IMG/VR virus record: IMGVR_UViG_3300030376_004261 | Coordinates: 1 to 54,852 of that record | DNA: 54,852 nucleotides | Source of the DNA: a virus | Taxonomy: Duplodnaviria; Caudoviricetes | Reading direction: 5' to 3' (one strand) | Shown: positions 26,644-37,531 of the stretch, in pieces | Layout of the letters: every line of letters begins with the position of its first letter | How positions within the stretch are numbered: position 1 is the first letter of the stretch | Notes under the pieces: model-generated | What the model saw: only the letters and a program-made list of their open reading frames with translations | What the model was told of the DNA's origin: nothing | Database searches by the model: none | Made by a program: the position numbers and the translations under genes

Positions 26644-29608
26644 CTGCAACTCCTCCTAACGGCGTTATATCAGACATTAATACTCCAGAAAATTCTATTA
26701 AACATATTTCTTCAACAATCATCGTAAAAGTAAAAGGTTTACTAGCTTTTGGCCCTTGATTACTATGCGTTTCTGTAACACCTTCAATATAACCAAAGAA
26801 TCTAACATAACTTCCATCTTTTTGTTTTTCATCCCACATAACTCTTACAGCTTCTGCTTCAATACGCCTTAATTTATGTAAGGTGTTATAAGATAAATAT
26901 TCTTCACTAAAACTAAATGTAGCTTCATCTCCCAAAGCATTACCAGCAAATGTTATTTTTTGTATTGGTGTGCCAGTTCTAATTATGGTAACTTTACCAC
27001 CTTTAGATATTGATGAATAATATGTACCCGCGTAAGCAACAGACACATCGCTAGTTAATTCCATAAAAGACATATCAAATGCAGTGTTATCTTTTTGTAT
27101 AACTACTTGTGAATTAGAATTGTTAAAAGGTAATATATCCCAAAGTTCTACACCGGGTCTTGCTCCACTTTCAAAATGGGTCACAGTGTTTCCAGTGCCA
27201 CCACCATCTAATACTATTTTAATAGGGTAGATGTCTACAAAGTTAGATGCTAAATTAGTTTTTTCTGCAGCATCATTCCACATAAATGTGTAAGGATAAT
27301 TAGTTTCAGCCGCATCAGGTGGGTTACCTTTTTCACTATCGGTATTTCTACCTATTTTCATAACACCATCAAATACGTCATAGGCGTTAATTTTACGTAA
27401 ATAACCATCAATTTCATTACCGGCAGAATATTGAGAACCAATAAGTCCTGCAACATTATCAACAACAAATAGATGAGTTGCACTACTAGAAGCTACCCAA
27501 AAAGTTTTATTATGTGCTTTAGCAGCACTAGCATCTTTAACTTGATAAAGGTATTTAAACGAACCAATAACTTTCGGGTCATATGACGCTAATTCATTTG
27601 TAGCTAATTTAGATATTTGATAATCATAAGGTTCTGCACCACCATTATTATAATTACTAACATATGTTACATTGCTCAATTCTTTACCTAAACCTCCAAC
27701 ACCGGGGGCACCAAGAGAGGAACCAACCTGATTGAATTTACCACCAGTCAATCCAGATATAGATATTTTAGCCCAATCTTTTGGCATATCAAACTCAATA
27801 AATCCGGGTTTCGTAAAAGAACTAGAATATTCAATAAATCTACTATTACCTGCGTCTCTTATCTCACGGGTAACTTTTGTAGTATCTTTGAAATCTACAG
27901 GAACCCACTCTGCAAATTCTGTAAACCTATCACCTTCAATTAAACTACCAGTTCTTAAATAATACACCCCAGCAACAGTAATACCTGTTTTAGCAGTGTT
28001 TCCGGAAGCAACAAATGTATGGTCCTGAGAGAAAGGTGATATGTTAAAAAATATTTTATTAGTTTTAACATCATTTGCTAATATCATATATTCTATAGCA
28101 TTTCTAGCAGTAGAACCATCCGTACTAACAAAAGTGCTTGTATTCATACCTGAAACACTAACTTCATAATTTAGTGATAAACTTGCTGAACTTGAATAAT
28201 TAAGATATGCTGAAGTAGTATAATCTTTACTTAAAGCATTCTGGTCAATATAATAATACTTATCAGCTCCTCCAAGTGGTGGAGCTGCTCTGTAAACAAA
28301 TTTAAATGCATCTAAAGCACCTTCAGTACCACCCGCAGTTTTTACATTAACTCTTGCTAAGTGATTATAATCATAAAATCTGTTAAAATCATCTAAAGGA
28401 AACTGATTAGCTTTCGTTCTACTTTGATAGTTATCATCACCAACACTACCAACAGTTTGATTATAAGTAGAAGGCGCATTTGCAGCGGTGTTATCTAAGT
28501 TGAAAGCTTTGTAAATCTTACCACCACCACCACCAGTATCAGGTTTAACACCGTCAGGTCTTGGCATATATGTGTATCCTATTTCTTTAGTTGACAAAGT
28601 AGTTTTAGTGTCATCTTTTAATGTAGTCCCGTTTGCAGTTTGCCATCTTTCACCATTTGGACCAAACCATATTTTACCATTATCGATATAATAATCAGCA
28701 ATAGATTGATTAGAGGCTTTAGAAGTACTTTGTGTAAAATCTAATGTAACATTTCTTTCACTACTTTTCTTTATTGGGTCTCCATTAGAAACGTAAGTTA
28801 TTGGAAAATAAGGAGTACTATTAGCATCTACTTCAGCGTCACTCTGTGCTATCAAAAAAGTTTTTATTTTGTTAAAATCATTTACGTTAACATTAGTGTC
28901 TCCAATACGTTTTACAGTTAACTGTTTAAATTCAAGTATTTTAGTAACTTTACCTAAAGCAGCTAATTTAGTAGCAGATACAGAATTAGTGCCATTATGC
29001 ATAACAGCAGTCAAAGTTCTAATTTTAGTACTCAACCCTGTGTCAAACCTATCAGACTGACCATCATTAACTTCGTGAGTTTGAGGCGCAGTATCTAAAT
29101 AAGTTATTTCAAATAATATTTCAATATCAGCCATATTACTCGTTGATAAATTGGTCGGAGGTCTATAAAGATAAACATCTTTAGGTCCTTCATTAAATAT
29201 GCTATTATCTATACCACTTTTTACAACTTTATTTTCTACACGTATCACACCAGATGGTGTACCATCACTAACAGTTATTTGGCCAATACTAGTCACTTGT
29301 TCTCTGGGTTTAGGTATTGTAGTAGGAGTTTTAGAGTTATCGTATAAATATTTAGAAATTATACCTTGATTGTTAACAGTTCTTATTACTGGGTAAAATA
29401 CACCTACTTTATTATAGATGTGAGTCATAGTGATGCTGTTACTGTCAGTCTTTAATCTTTCCCATTGATATATTGCATTTTCAACAGAGTTATCTTCACC
29501 ATCATCCCAATCAACGTAAATCCATTCAACGTCATCATCATTAAATGTAATTGTAGCTGTAGCTTCAGTTCCTACAGTGATTGTATTATCATCCCAAGTT
29601 AATCCCAT
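26624..29608 (-). CDS. Tail protein with N-terminal PKD-like domain and possible distal-tail-like C-terminus
   Basis: VDWDDG...THIY..G.F PKD pattern; C-terminal ITFAG...FFGYI...FTFTM. Confidence 0.55.
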   Translation of the reverse strand: MGLTWDDNTITVGTEATATITFNDDDVEWIYVDWDDGEDNSVENAIYQWERLKTDSNSITMTHIYNKVGVFYPVIRTVNNQGIISKYLYDNSKTPTTIPKPREQVTSIGQITVSDGTPSGVIRVENKVVKSGIDNSIFNEGPKDVYLYRPPTNLSTSNMADIEILFEITYLDTAPQTHEVNDGQSDRFDTGLSTKIRTLTAVMHNGTNSVSATKLAALGKVTKILEFKQLTVKRIGDTNVNVNDFNKIKTFLIAQSDAEVDANSTPYFPITYVSNGDPIKKSSERNVTLDFTQSTSKASNQSIADYYIDNGKIWFGPNGERWQTANGTTLKDDTKTTLSTKEIGYTYMPRPDGVKPDTGGGGGKIYKAFNLDNTAANAPSTYNQTVGSVGDDNYQSRTKANQFPLDDFNRFYDYNHLARVNVKTAGGTEGALDAFKFVYRAAPPLGGADKYYYIDQNALSKDYTTSAYLNYSSSASLSLNYEVSVSGMNTSTFVSTDGSTARNAIEYMILANDVKTNKIFFNISPFSQDHTFVASGNTAKTGITVAGVYYLRTGSLIEGDRFTEFAEWVPVDFKDTTKVTREIRDAGNSRFIEYSSSFTKPGFIEFDMPKDWAKISISGLTGGKFNQVGSSLGAPGVGGLGKELSNVTYVSNYNNGGAEPYDYQISKLATNELASYDPKVIGSFKYLYQVKDASAAKAHNKTFWVASSSATHLFVVDNVAGLIGSQYSAGNEIDGYLRKINAYDVFDGVMKIGRNTDSEKGNPPDAAETNYPYTFMWNDAAEKTNLASNFVDIYPIKIVLDGGGTGNTVTHFESGARPGVELWDILPFNNSNSQVVIQKDNTAFDMSFMELTSDVSVAYAGTYYSSISKGGKVTIIRTGTPIQKITFAGNALGDEATFSFSEEYLSYNTLHKLRRIEAEAVRVMWDEKQKDGSYVRFFGYIEGVTETHSNQGPKASKPFTFTMIVEEICLIEFSGVLMSDITPLGGVADGNTYS

Positions 29609-32600
29609 TAATTGACCCCCGTTACTTTCCAAGCTGCGATGTCAGATTGTCCTATGGTATCTTCATCAGAACCTTTTATGTTATGGTAATCAAATGCAAA
29701 TAATCGAGCTTGATAGAAATTACTCTTACCAGAGTTTAAGTCTGGTAAATGTGAAGTATTTAAAACATATTTCCTACCATTTGGAACAATATAAGCTTCA
29801 GTCTCTAAACAAAATATTTCGTTATAAAGACCGTCAGCTCTATCATCATTGTCTAAATCAGCACCTATAGCTATATTACCAGAAGCAACAAATGAAGTAG
29901 TGTAGTCAGCACTGTCTTCTTGTTGACCATTAATAAATAATTTTAAGTTGTTATTTTCTCTATCTTTATTGTAAGTAGTATAAATAGCAAGAGGTTCTAT
30001 TCCATTACAAGCGTATGTTTGCGTACTAGTTAATGTAGCAGTGCTAGTTCCACTAGCAACAGTTACTACAACTTGTTTACTAGAATTTATTTTAACATCA
30101 AATATATGATGAGTGTTAGTCAAATGACTTGAAGATACAGCAAATAAAGTATCATTACTTGATTGTGGTCTAACGTGCATTCCAAAGGTAAAAGAGCCAG
30201 TGCTACCAAACGCAGTTTGACTATTGGTTAACCTTGGTCCAATGCTACTTCCGCCACTATGAGCATAACCACTGAAACCTTCTATATGAGGACAAGTACT
30301 TCCTGCGTTAAAAGCAGTAGGCGAATCAGGAAAATTATCATAAGAAGTGTAAAAGATAGGATTGCTTCTATCAGAATAATCATTATAGTCACTAGGTGCT
30401 TCATCTAAAGGTGCATAAAAATTCATAGTGTGATATTTATTAGATATATGTTTATTGTCAACTATAAGTAATCTATACCAAGGTCTAGAACCACCTTTTT
30501 CATCCCAATTAAATGTAACGGTATTTGCGTTTCTAGCTATAGTATCAATATCGACACCTTGTTTTAACAAATCAAAAGAAGGGTTTACTCGGAAATCATT
30601 TATGACAGGTGGTGTAGTTTTAAAACCAAATATCATCGTTGCACCTCTTCCACCATTAACTCTGTGTGCTGAACTACTTTTAAAACCGGCTTGAGATATA
30701 TTAAGATTATACAACGTCCTGTCAATTTGTTTGAAAGGTGTCATCATAAATGTAACTTCATCACCTCTGTTTAATTTAGATGCCCTCGTAACATCTGAAA
30801 GGTCAATAAAATTAGTACCACTAACTAATAAATGTCGTGCTACGTAACCATCTAATTTTTCTATACTATCATTGTCAGCTGGTGTATAAATTCCAAAACC
30901 ATAATCTTTTTGTGTTTCTACAACACCATCTAGAGTGTTAGTTCTTAAGTCCCACATATTTGTATATTGTGGTGTGTCAGAATATAAAAATTCATTATAA
31001 GTAGTGCCATAACTACCAGTAGCAGATAAAAGTTGTGCAGAAGTGTAAGTTCTTTGAGCACCAGCTCTAAGTTCAAGACTTGTAGATTTATACCAATCAG
31101 TACCCCATTTACCACTGCCAGTTATACCATTGTCTGGTACAGCATTCATTACAGTTACATTCAACCAATATTTGTAAGGAGATATAGCACACCTTGAATA
31201 AACATCACCATCAGTATTACCAAAGATTGCATTAATACTTCTGTTTAAAGTCACTTCTTTTTTCCTATCATCTATTGCAACTACTTCTAACGGAAAAGTA
31301 TCAACTGCTCCTATCTGACGACTAGTTCCTGTACCTGCCCAATCTTCTCCAAGTTCATAAGCTATGTACCTACTTCCGGAAGCTAATTTAAACGGATTAA
31401 TAGTATCTACACTAATAGTTAAACCATCAGAGCTTTTGCTTAATATTCTAGCTTGAACTAACGGGTTTTCTCGTCTTGTCCAATCGCCAGTGTCTGCCCA
31501 ATTCTTTCTATCACCACCACCTCCAGCGCCATTACCTAACTGAAAGTTAATATTACCCTTTTGTCTAAATCTTTCTACATCGTTTGGTAAACCACCAATA
31601 GAAATAGCAGTAGCAGTTCCAGCAGCACCCAAAGTACCCTTTGTACCACTAGCATCAAAATGTCCTTTTTTCAATATACCCATTTGACCAGAACCACTTA
31701 CATAACCAAATTTAGTATAATGGTGATGTATTTGTTGCGGGGCGGGATTCATACATTGGAATGTACTCATTAACAAAGCATATTGACCATCTGAAGGTTT
31801 ATTATCAAAACCAAAAGACATAAAACTACAAACTGGCATATCTGGTTTCATAAAATAATTATCGTGAGAGCTTGTTCCTGAAGTTTCAGGGCTAGATGTT
31901 GCTTTACCCATAGGCACATTTCTCATAGGATATGGTATGGTGAGTTTAGCAGGTGATTTATTTCTAGCATTGTAAGTAGCATTGGAAATTCTATGATTTA
32001 AATTACGAACTGAAATGTTGTCTAAACATATTTGTTGTCTAACATCAATATTAGGCACAATATCAGTTACTAAATTTTTGTTACCTAACATAGGTGATGC
32101 TGTAGTATCAGTATTATTTATTGCTCTCATATTACTACTATTAATTACCATACATCGAGGAGCTAAAGAACCCGAACATACAGGAGTTCCACTTGGCCCT
32201 GCCATAGTTAATTCTAAAGATTTAATTGAACCATTGTCATTTAAGTGCGAAGGGAAATAAACTAATTGACTTTGTCTTCTAGGGTCTATTTTAAAACGTG
32301 CAGTTATCCATTCCTCTGTTGGTAACTCAACGTGAGCAGTAGGAATTCCATTTTTCTGCAAAACTCTACTATTATTTATGTATGTACCAGCAGCTTGTAA
32401 ATTTAACTGACCTTGCATATCGAAAAATTTAATTGTGTCACTGTTAGTACTAGTTCGATATCCACCCATACCTAACATAACACCGGGACTTGCAAAACTA
32501 TTATCTCCATCTTGAGTTCTAAAAATATAATCAAAAAATCGTTCTCCGGAACGATGTGGTATATTACTTAAAGTTATGTTAAAAGAACGTAACATATTAA

Positions 32601-33843
32601 AACTTTCAATACCGGAAGCACTTGAACTACCAAAAACTCTTCCTCCCATTTGTTTTATTTTAAACACAACTTCATATTCACCAGTTATTGTAGGAGTCTC
32701 AGGTCGATATGGAGCTGCACTACTACCACTACCTAATTCCAAAGGCACAATTTCAGGCATTGAATTTACCGCATATGTTATCTCTTGAGGATAATTATGT
32801 CCTGTGCTACTAGTACCCGGAAAAGCAGCCTTTTTAATCTCAGAAGCGGTAAAAGAAGCACCAGAATAATTTTCCCAAAAAGAATTGAACATCATAGATT
32901 GACCGCCAGTTTTAGAATCGTCAGTTGTAAATTCTGCATTAGAAAATGCGAAAGAATGAGTATCATCGCCAGTGCTTTCTAACGTTTGAACTTTAATATC
33001 ATTCCAATTGTCAGTTTCATAATTAGTATTAAATATAGTATTTTCAGTATTAGCTTTTGCTAAAAAAGTTTCCTCTGACTGCATTTTAACTTGTTCTCTA
33101 GTTTCAGCTCTCCAATGGTCAGTTATACCAGTGTATGACCTCCATTGGTCTAAAGTAAATTCAAATTGGTCAGGGTCAAGCGAATCAAACATTCCTATTA
33201 TACCACTGTGTTTTACACCATTATGAACCGTATATCTACCACTTGCAGGAACGTAACTCAAAGGTATATTGTCACCAACTTTTACAACATCTCCTACAAC
33301 CAATTTACCCTCTAATTGTATCAAAGCATTTTGGTCTTCAACAAAAGATTTAAACCCAGAATAAGGTATGTAATATTGTTCTGTACTTAGTGTAACGTTA
33401 TCCTTTATAAATTTAACATCTTCACCTAAACTAATATTTTCACCAGAAAACGTTTCTACTATGTTTGGTTTTTCATAATCAATAACAGAAGAAAAAGCAA
33501 CCATATCATTATCGGCTCTTGTTGCAACAGTGCCATAAGTTAAACTATAATTTGTGTCTTTAAGTTTCCAAAGTTTTACCATAGGTGTTTCAAAATTTTC
33601 AGATAAATTCATAGTCAAAACATTTGTGTGAAAATAAACTTGAGATAGTTTACCATCTTGACCGTATGTTTCAGAACTTGGTATGTTACTAGATAATATG
33701 TAGTTGTTGGGACCACCAAAACTTCCAGAAGCTACATTTACAGCTTTTGATAAAATTGTTAAATCTCCTTTGTGACCATCAAGAATACCGTCAGCAGACG
33801 GGGTTACTCTTTTGTAAAATGTGTTTGGTTCAATCTTTATCAT
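29608..33843 (-). CDS. Large minor tail protein with C-terminal LamG/concanavalin-like domain
   Basis: 1411 aa directly downstream of the tape measure gene; LKLFING, IAIG, GLYNEI. Confidence 0.6.
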   Translation of the reverse strand: MIKIEPNTFYKRVTPSADGILDGHKGDLTILSKAVNVASGSFGGPNNYILSSNIPSSETYGQDGKLSQVYFHTNVLTMNLSENFETPMVKLWKLKDTNYSLTYGTVATRADNDMVAFSSVIDYEKPNIVETFSGENISLGEDVKFIKDNVTLSTEQYYIPYSGFKSFVEDQNALIQLEGKLVVGDVVKVGDNIPLSYVPASGRYTVHNGVKHSGIIGMFDSLDPDQFEFTLDQWRSYTGITDHWRAETREQVKMQSEETFLAKANTENTIFNTNYETDNWNDIKVQTLESTGDDTHSFAFSNAEFTTDDSKTGGQSMMFNSFWENYSGASFTASEIKKAAFPGTSSTGHNYPQEITYAVNSMPEIVPLELGSGSSAAPYRPETPTITGEYEVVFKIKQMGGRVFGSSSASGIESFNMLRSFNITLSNIPHRSGERFFDYIFRTQDGDNSFASPGVMLGMGGYRTSTNSDTIKFFDMQGQLNLQAAGTYINNSRVLQKNGIPTAHVELPTEEWITARFKIDPRRQSQLVYFPSHLNDNGSIKSLELTMAGPSGTPVCSGSLAPRCMVINSSNMRAINNTDTTASPMLGNKNLVTDIVPNIDVRQQICLDNISVRNLNHRISNATYNARNKSPAKLTIPYPMRNVPMGKATSSPETSGTSSHDNYFMKPDMPVCSFMSFGFDNKPSDGQYALLMSTFQCMNPAPQQIHHHYTKFGYVSGSGQMGILKKGHFDASGTKGTLGAAGTATAISIGGLPNDVERFRQKGNINFQLGNGAGGGGDRKNWADTGDWTRRENPLVQARILSKSSDGLTISVDTINPFKLASGSRYIAYELGEDWAGTGTSRQIGAVDTFPLEVVAIDDRKKEVTLNRSINAIFGNTDGDVYSRCAISPYKYWLNVTVMNAVPDNGITGSGKWGTDWYKSTSLELRAGAQRTYTSAQLLSATGSYGTTYNEFLYSDTPQYTNMWDLRTNTLDGVVETQKDYGFGIYTPADNDSIEKLDGYVARHLLVSGTNFIDLSDVTRASKLNRGDEVTFMMTPFKQIDRTLYNLNISQAGFKSSSAHRVNGGRGATMIFGFKTTPPVINDFRVNPSFDLLKQGVDIDTIARNANTVTFNWDEKGGSRPWYRLLIVDNKHISNKYHTMNFYAPLDEAPSDYNDYSDRSNPIFYTSYDNFPDSPTAFNAGSTCPHIEGFSGYAHSGGSSIGPRLTNSQTAFGSTGSFTFGMHVRPQSSNDTLFAVSSSHLTNTHHIFDVKINSSKQVVVTVASGTSTATLTSTQTYACNGIEPLAIYTTYNKDRENNNLKLFINGQQEDSADYTTSFVASGNIAIGADLDNDDRADGLYNEIFCLETEAYIVPNGRKYVLNTSHLPDLNSGKSNFYQARLFAFDYHNIKGSDEDTIGQSDIAAWKVTGVN

Positions 33844-33852
33844 TTAATTACC

Positions 33853-36177
33853 TCACGTTCCATATCCTGAACTATAAAATGTATCATTCAAGTTATCTGT
33901 TCTAAAGTTAGCATTCTCTACATTTAAAGTTGTCGGTGACATACCACCCATACCGCCATTAAAAGCGTTACCCTGTAAAGATTGTGCGTAAGCATCATAA
34001 CTACTTTGTCCACCATCAGCGCCTCCTGCACCCATCATTTGTGCAACACCTATACCTGTCAAACCTATACCTGCTTTAACACCACTAAAACCAGTAAGAG
34101 CAGAAGCAGCAGCTAAACCCATAGTTCCTTTGCCTATACCTTGTTTTGCAGCTTCTACACTAAAAGTACTTGCAAGTCCAACTTTTGACCTGAGTGCTGT
34201 ATTACCAACACTCATAGCTCCTACAGCAGCTCTACCTACCCTAACAGCAGGAAGTATAGAAAATACAGTTAATGCAACACCAGCTACAGTTTCTAAAAGT
34301 CCAAGGAGTCTAGCTACTTGTTCATTACCTTGAGCTACAAATTGATTAAATCTAAATAACATATCTCCTGCCATAAAGAAAGCTGCACCTGTCATACCAA
34401 CCATACGACTCAATAAAAAGAATTCTAATACACTACTTCTTGCAAATTCAGGTAACATTTCCATCAAACCTACAACAAGTCTTAAAGGAAGAAATAATAT
34501 ATTTAACATTCTGATAAAATCAAATCCACTAGCATTTAAACTGTTAATAAAGTCTAGTAATTTTTCTAAAATAACTGTAAATTGTTCAACAAATCTAGTA
34601 GCAACATCTCTCATTTGAAAACCAAACTCCGTTATCATCATAGTACCGTCTTCTAATTCAACAACAAATTTACTTCTAAACATTTTAACCATATCTAGTA
34701 AAGCTTTGTGGAAACTGTTTACACCCATTGTTCCATCTTCTTGAGCTTCACCATAAAGGAAAGCAGCCATCATTGCGTTCTTTGTAACCAATATTTGATT
34801 AGATAAAGACTCCATTTGTTTATCTGCCATTCTTGTAGCATCACCTTGCGCATTAGCAATTTTTTCTGTAACCTCTGCAAATTCTTCAGAGTTTTGTACT
34901 AAATGAACAAACGCGGTTGCACCACGAACGTTTAAGTCTGATATTAAAGTAGTTAGTAATTCAGTGTCGTTAGCAGCTTCGCCAAAGTGTCTAGCAAATT
35001 CTGCAGCAATGTCAGTCATCTGTAATAAATTACCATTCGCGTCAGTAATATTGATACCCATCTCTTGGAACTTACGTGTGTTATCTCCAAGACTTTCAGC
35101 TAACTCTGCAAGTGCCTGTCTTAAACCACGACCTGCGATACCTGCTTCTAAAGCACGGTCTGTAAGTACAGCTAAACCACCAAGTAACTGTTCTACACCT
35201 TGATTAGTAGAAACGAAGAAAGGCATAGCAAACTTAACCGCACTAGCTAAATCTTGGTATTCTAACAAAGACTCGTTGATTGCAAGTGCGAACTGGTCAA
35301 CAAGTTTACCAGATTCTTCAAACTCCATACCAAAACCTTTGATAGTCTGAATTAACAACTTACCTAGTGTTTCAGAGTCACCTTGTACAGCCATAGATAA
35401 CTTCATAACATCTGCAAGAATCTGTTGAGACTCAGAAGCATCTAAACCCGCAGAAGCGAATTGGTACAATGCTTGAGACATATTGTCGTATGTCAGTGCA
35501 TATTGTAGACCTACATCTACAACTTCGTTAGATATACTGTATAACTCATCGTTACTTACTTGAAATATAGAATTTGCGTTGACTAGCTCATTCTCATATG
35601 AAATCAAACTGCGTGCTACTGTTTGTATTTGAAAACCTAAAACAGTCAATGCAGTAACAGAAGTAGTGACAGAGTTGTGAAATACTTCCATAGCCCCACG
35701 AGCTACACTTGTTAACTTAGCATTAAATTGTTCAAGCATTTCTTCAGGTGATGTAATACCTGCGTCTACTTCAGCACCACCTAACAGTGTTCCTAGGTCA
35801 GATAAATCTTTACCGCCAAACACACCACCTCTTTTACTTCTATTCAGAGCACTAAGTTCTAGTTGTTTGTCTACTTTTGAAATAGCCCCGCCAGTGATTC
35901 TATCTAAAGTTTGTAATTCTGATTGTAAAGCTTTGATGGCATCACTAGATTGGTCTTTAGAAGCCTTTTGAAATATTAAACGTGCTTTAAGTAAAGACTC
36001 TTTTGTTTTTTGTTCTTGAGCTCTAGCACTTTTACCTTGTTCGTTTTTACCAATAAGCCCAATTTTTTTAGCTCCAGCGCCAAACTCTTGAGCCATTTTA
36101 TTATAGGCAGATTTAGGCGGTAGTAATAGTCTTAAACCTACATTACCCATAAAGAGAGTGCCTAGAAACCCTGCCAT
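33853..36177 (-). CDS. Tail tape measure protein
   Basis: ALYQFASAG, AGRGLRQAL, MGINITDANGNL motifs; Ala/Gly-rich hydrophobic C-terminus. Confidence 0.92.
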   Translation of the reverse strand: MAGFLGTLFMGNVGLRLLLPPKSAYNKMAQEFGAGAKKIGLIGKNEQGKSARAQEQKTKESLLKARLIFQKASKDQSSDAIKALQSELQTLDRITGGAISKVDKQLELSALNRSKRGGVFGGKDLSDLGTLLGGAEVDAGITSPEEMLEQFNAKLTSVARGAMEVFHNSVTTSVTALTVLGFQIQTVARSLISYENELVNANSIFQVSNDELYSISNEVVDVGLQYALTYDNMSQALYQFASAGLDASESQQILADVMKLSMAVQGDSETLGKLLIQTIKGFGMEFEESGKLVDQFALAINESLLEYQDLASAVKFAMPFFVSTNQGVEQLLGGLAVLTDRALEAGIAGRGLRQALAELAESLGDNTRKFQEMGINITDANGNLLQMTDIAAEFARHFGEAANDTELLTTLISDLNVRGATAFVHLVQNSEEFAEVTEKIANAQGDATRMADKQMESLSNQILVTKNAMMAAFLYGEAQEDGTMGVNSFHKALLDMVKMFRSKFVVELEDGTMMITEFGFQMRDVATRFVEQFTVILEKLLDFINSLNASGFDFIRMLNILFLPLRLVVGLMEMLPEFARSSVLEFFLLSRMVGMTGAAFFMAGDMLFRFNQFVAQGNEQVARLLGLLETVAGVALTVFSILPAVRVGRAAVGAMSVGNTALRSKVGLASTFSVEAAKQGIGKGTMGLAAASALTGFSGVKAGIGLTGIGVAQMMGAGGADGGQSSYDAYAQSLQGNAFNGGMGGMSPTTLNVENANFRTDNLNDTFYSSGYGT

Positions 36178-36184
36178 TATTATC

Positions 36185-36472
36185 TTATATCAAATCTTTA
36201 AATGATTTTTTCTCCTCAACTGTTTTGTAATACTTTCGTTTCTTTTCTAAATATCGGGCGTATTGACCTCTTATCTGAGGTTTATTCTTTGCCATATTAT
36301 TTATATCAGTGTCATCATAGCCATCAAGACTATGAAGTAGTTGATACTCAGTATATGCAACTAGAATGCCTTCTAATTCTACTCTTGGCGTTTCTTTTAT
36401 CTCATTCCAAGATAAACCTAAGTCTTTCATCAACGGGATGTAGAGAAGTACAGGTTCCGGTGCTTCCCTCAT
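36185..36472 (-). CDS. Tail assembly chaperone, T-like frameshift extension
   Basis: LGLSWNEI..TP pattern; in -1 frame relative to upstream chaperone; precedes TMP. Confidence 0.7.
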   Translation of the reverse strand: MREAPEPVLLYIPLMKDLGLSWNEIKETPRVELEGILVAYTEYQLLHSLDGYDDTDINNMAKNKPQIRGQYARYLEKKRKYYKTVEEKKSFKDLI

Positions 36473-36837
36473 CCAGTAGTAAAATTTTCAGTTATCTCCT
36501 GTTGATAAGACAATATTTCAGATGTTATCTGATAACGAAGAGTTACAGGTACCGTAGACCAGTTTTCTTCTGTTAAAGTAACGCCATCAGGATTTTTATC
36601 ATTAGCTTTCTTTATCATTGCTAATATCCTTTCAATTCCAGCTTCAGTAGCCCAGTCCTGTTTTTCTTGTTCAGTAGCAGTTTCGGGCAGTGCTTTTAGA
36701 TTAGGTTCCTCTTTCTCTGCAAGTTCGCAGAATTGAAAATGAAAGTCCTTTCCTCTATACGTAACTTTACCAGTTTGTACTTGGTCTGTTAGTTCTACTA
36801 GCTCTTCGATTGTCCATACATTTGCGTCTTCAGTCAT
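36469..36837 (-). CDS. Tail assembly chaperone, G-like
   Basis: Acidic 122 aa between tail tube and TMP genes; AGGAG SD. Confidence 0.75.
   Translation of the reverse strand: MTEDANVWTIEELVELTDQVQTGKVTYRGKDFHFQFCELAEKEEPNLKALPETATEQEKQDWATEAGIERILAMIKKANDKNPDGVTLTEENWSTVPVTLRYQITSEILSYQQEITENFTTG
36481..36487 (-). other. -1 ribosomal frameshift slippery site A AAU UUU
   Basis: In-frame XXXYYYZ heptamer 3 codons before the stop; -1 frame open into next ORF (ENF-YYWMREAPE). Confidence 0.65.
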
Positions 36838-36857
36838 TCGTGTTCTCCTTATTCACT

Positions 36858-37529
36858 TTATATTTCGTCTGTGCCTGTAATAGCTGTAGCGGCAGTAACT
36901 GTGCCATCTCCAGATATAACAGGTTGGACGTATGAATAAAATTCAATTGTTTCCTCTTGTGCATTGTTAGCATCAAGAGTTCTCGTGTGTGCTGTGATAC
37001 AGCAATTTCTTAATGTAATAACTTCACCTTCACCATTAGTGGTGCTAGATTTAAGTTCTAAATGTAATCGGTAACCAAAGTTTTGGTTTTTAGATGTTCT
37101 AAGACCATCGTGTAGTGTTTTAGTTCCTCCAGTGCCATCAGCAGAAGCAGAATCAAAAACACCATCTCTTGCAGGTGTGTTAAACAAAGCATCAAAGAAG
37201 TTCTCGCTTACCTTTCTGGTAATTGTTAAAATCAATTCTTTTTTAATTTCAGCTTGTAAGTTTGTATTTTTACCCATATAAGATATTTCTTCTTGTCTGG
37301 TTCCGGGTGTAAAGTCTACACCAATAACATCAGTTAGTTTTGACGCAGCAGTTAATCCAGTACCTCTTTTTGGAATAACGGAACTAAAGTCGGCTCCATT
37401 GTTACCAATACCGTTTGTATTGGTTAAGTCACCGGTAGCAGTAACATTAGATGCTCCTCCACTAACAGTGTAAGTACCGTGTTCGGTTGTCATATGAACG
37501 TTTACATCACTTCCTAAGTAGTATACCAT
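36858..37529 (-). CDS. Tail tube-like protein, paralogue 2
   Basis: MVYYLGSDV...DVIGVD...QAEIKK...GYRL...LRNC aligned to neighbour. Confidence 0.7.
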   Translation of the reverse strand: MVYYLGSDVNVHMTTEHGTYTVSGGASNVTATGDLTNTNGIGNNGADFSSVIPKRGTGLTAASKLTDVIGVDFTPGTRQEEISYMGKNTNLQAEIKKELILTITRKVSENFFDALFNTPARDGVFDSASADGTGGTKTLHDGLRTSKNQNFGYRLHLELKSSTTNGEGEVITLRNCCITAHTRTLDANNAQEETIEFYSYVQPVISGDGTVTAATAITGTDEI

Positions 37530-37531
37530 AT

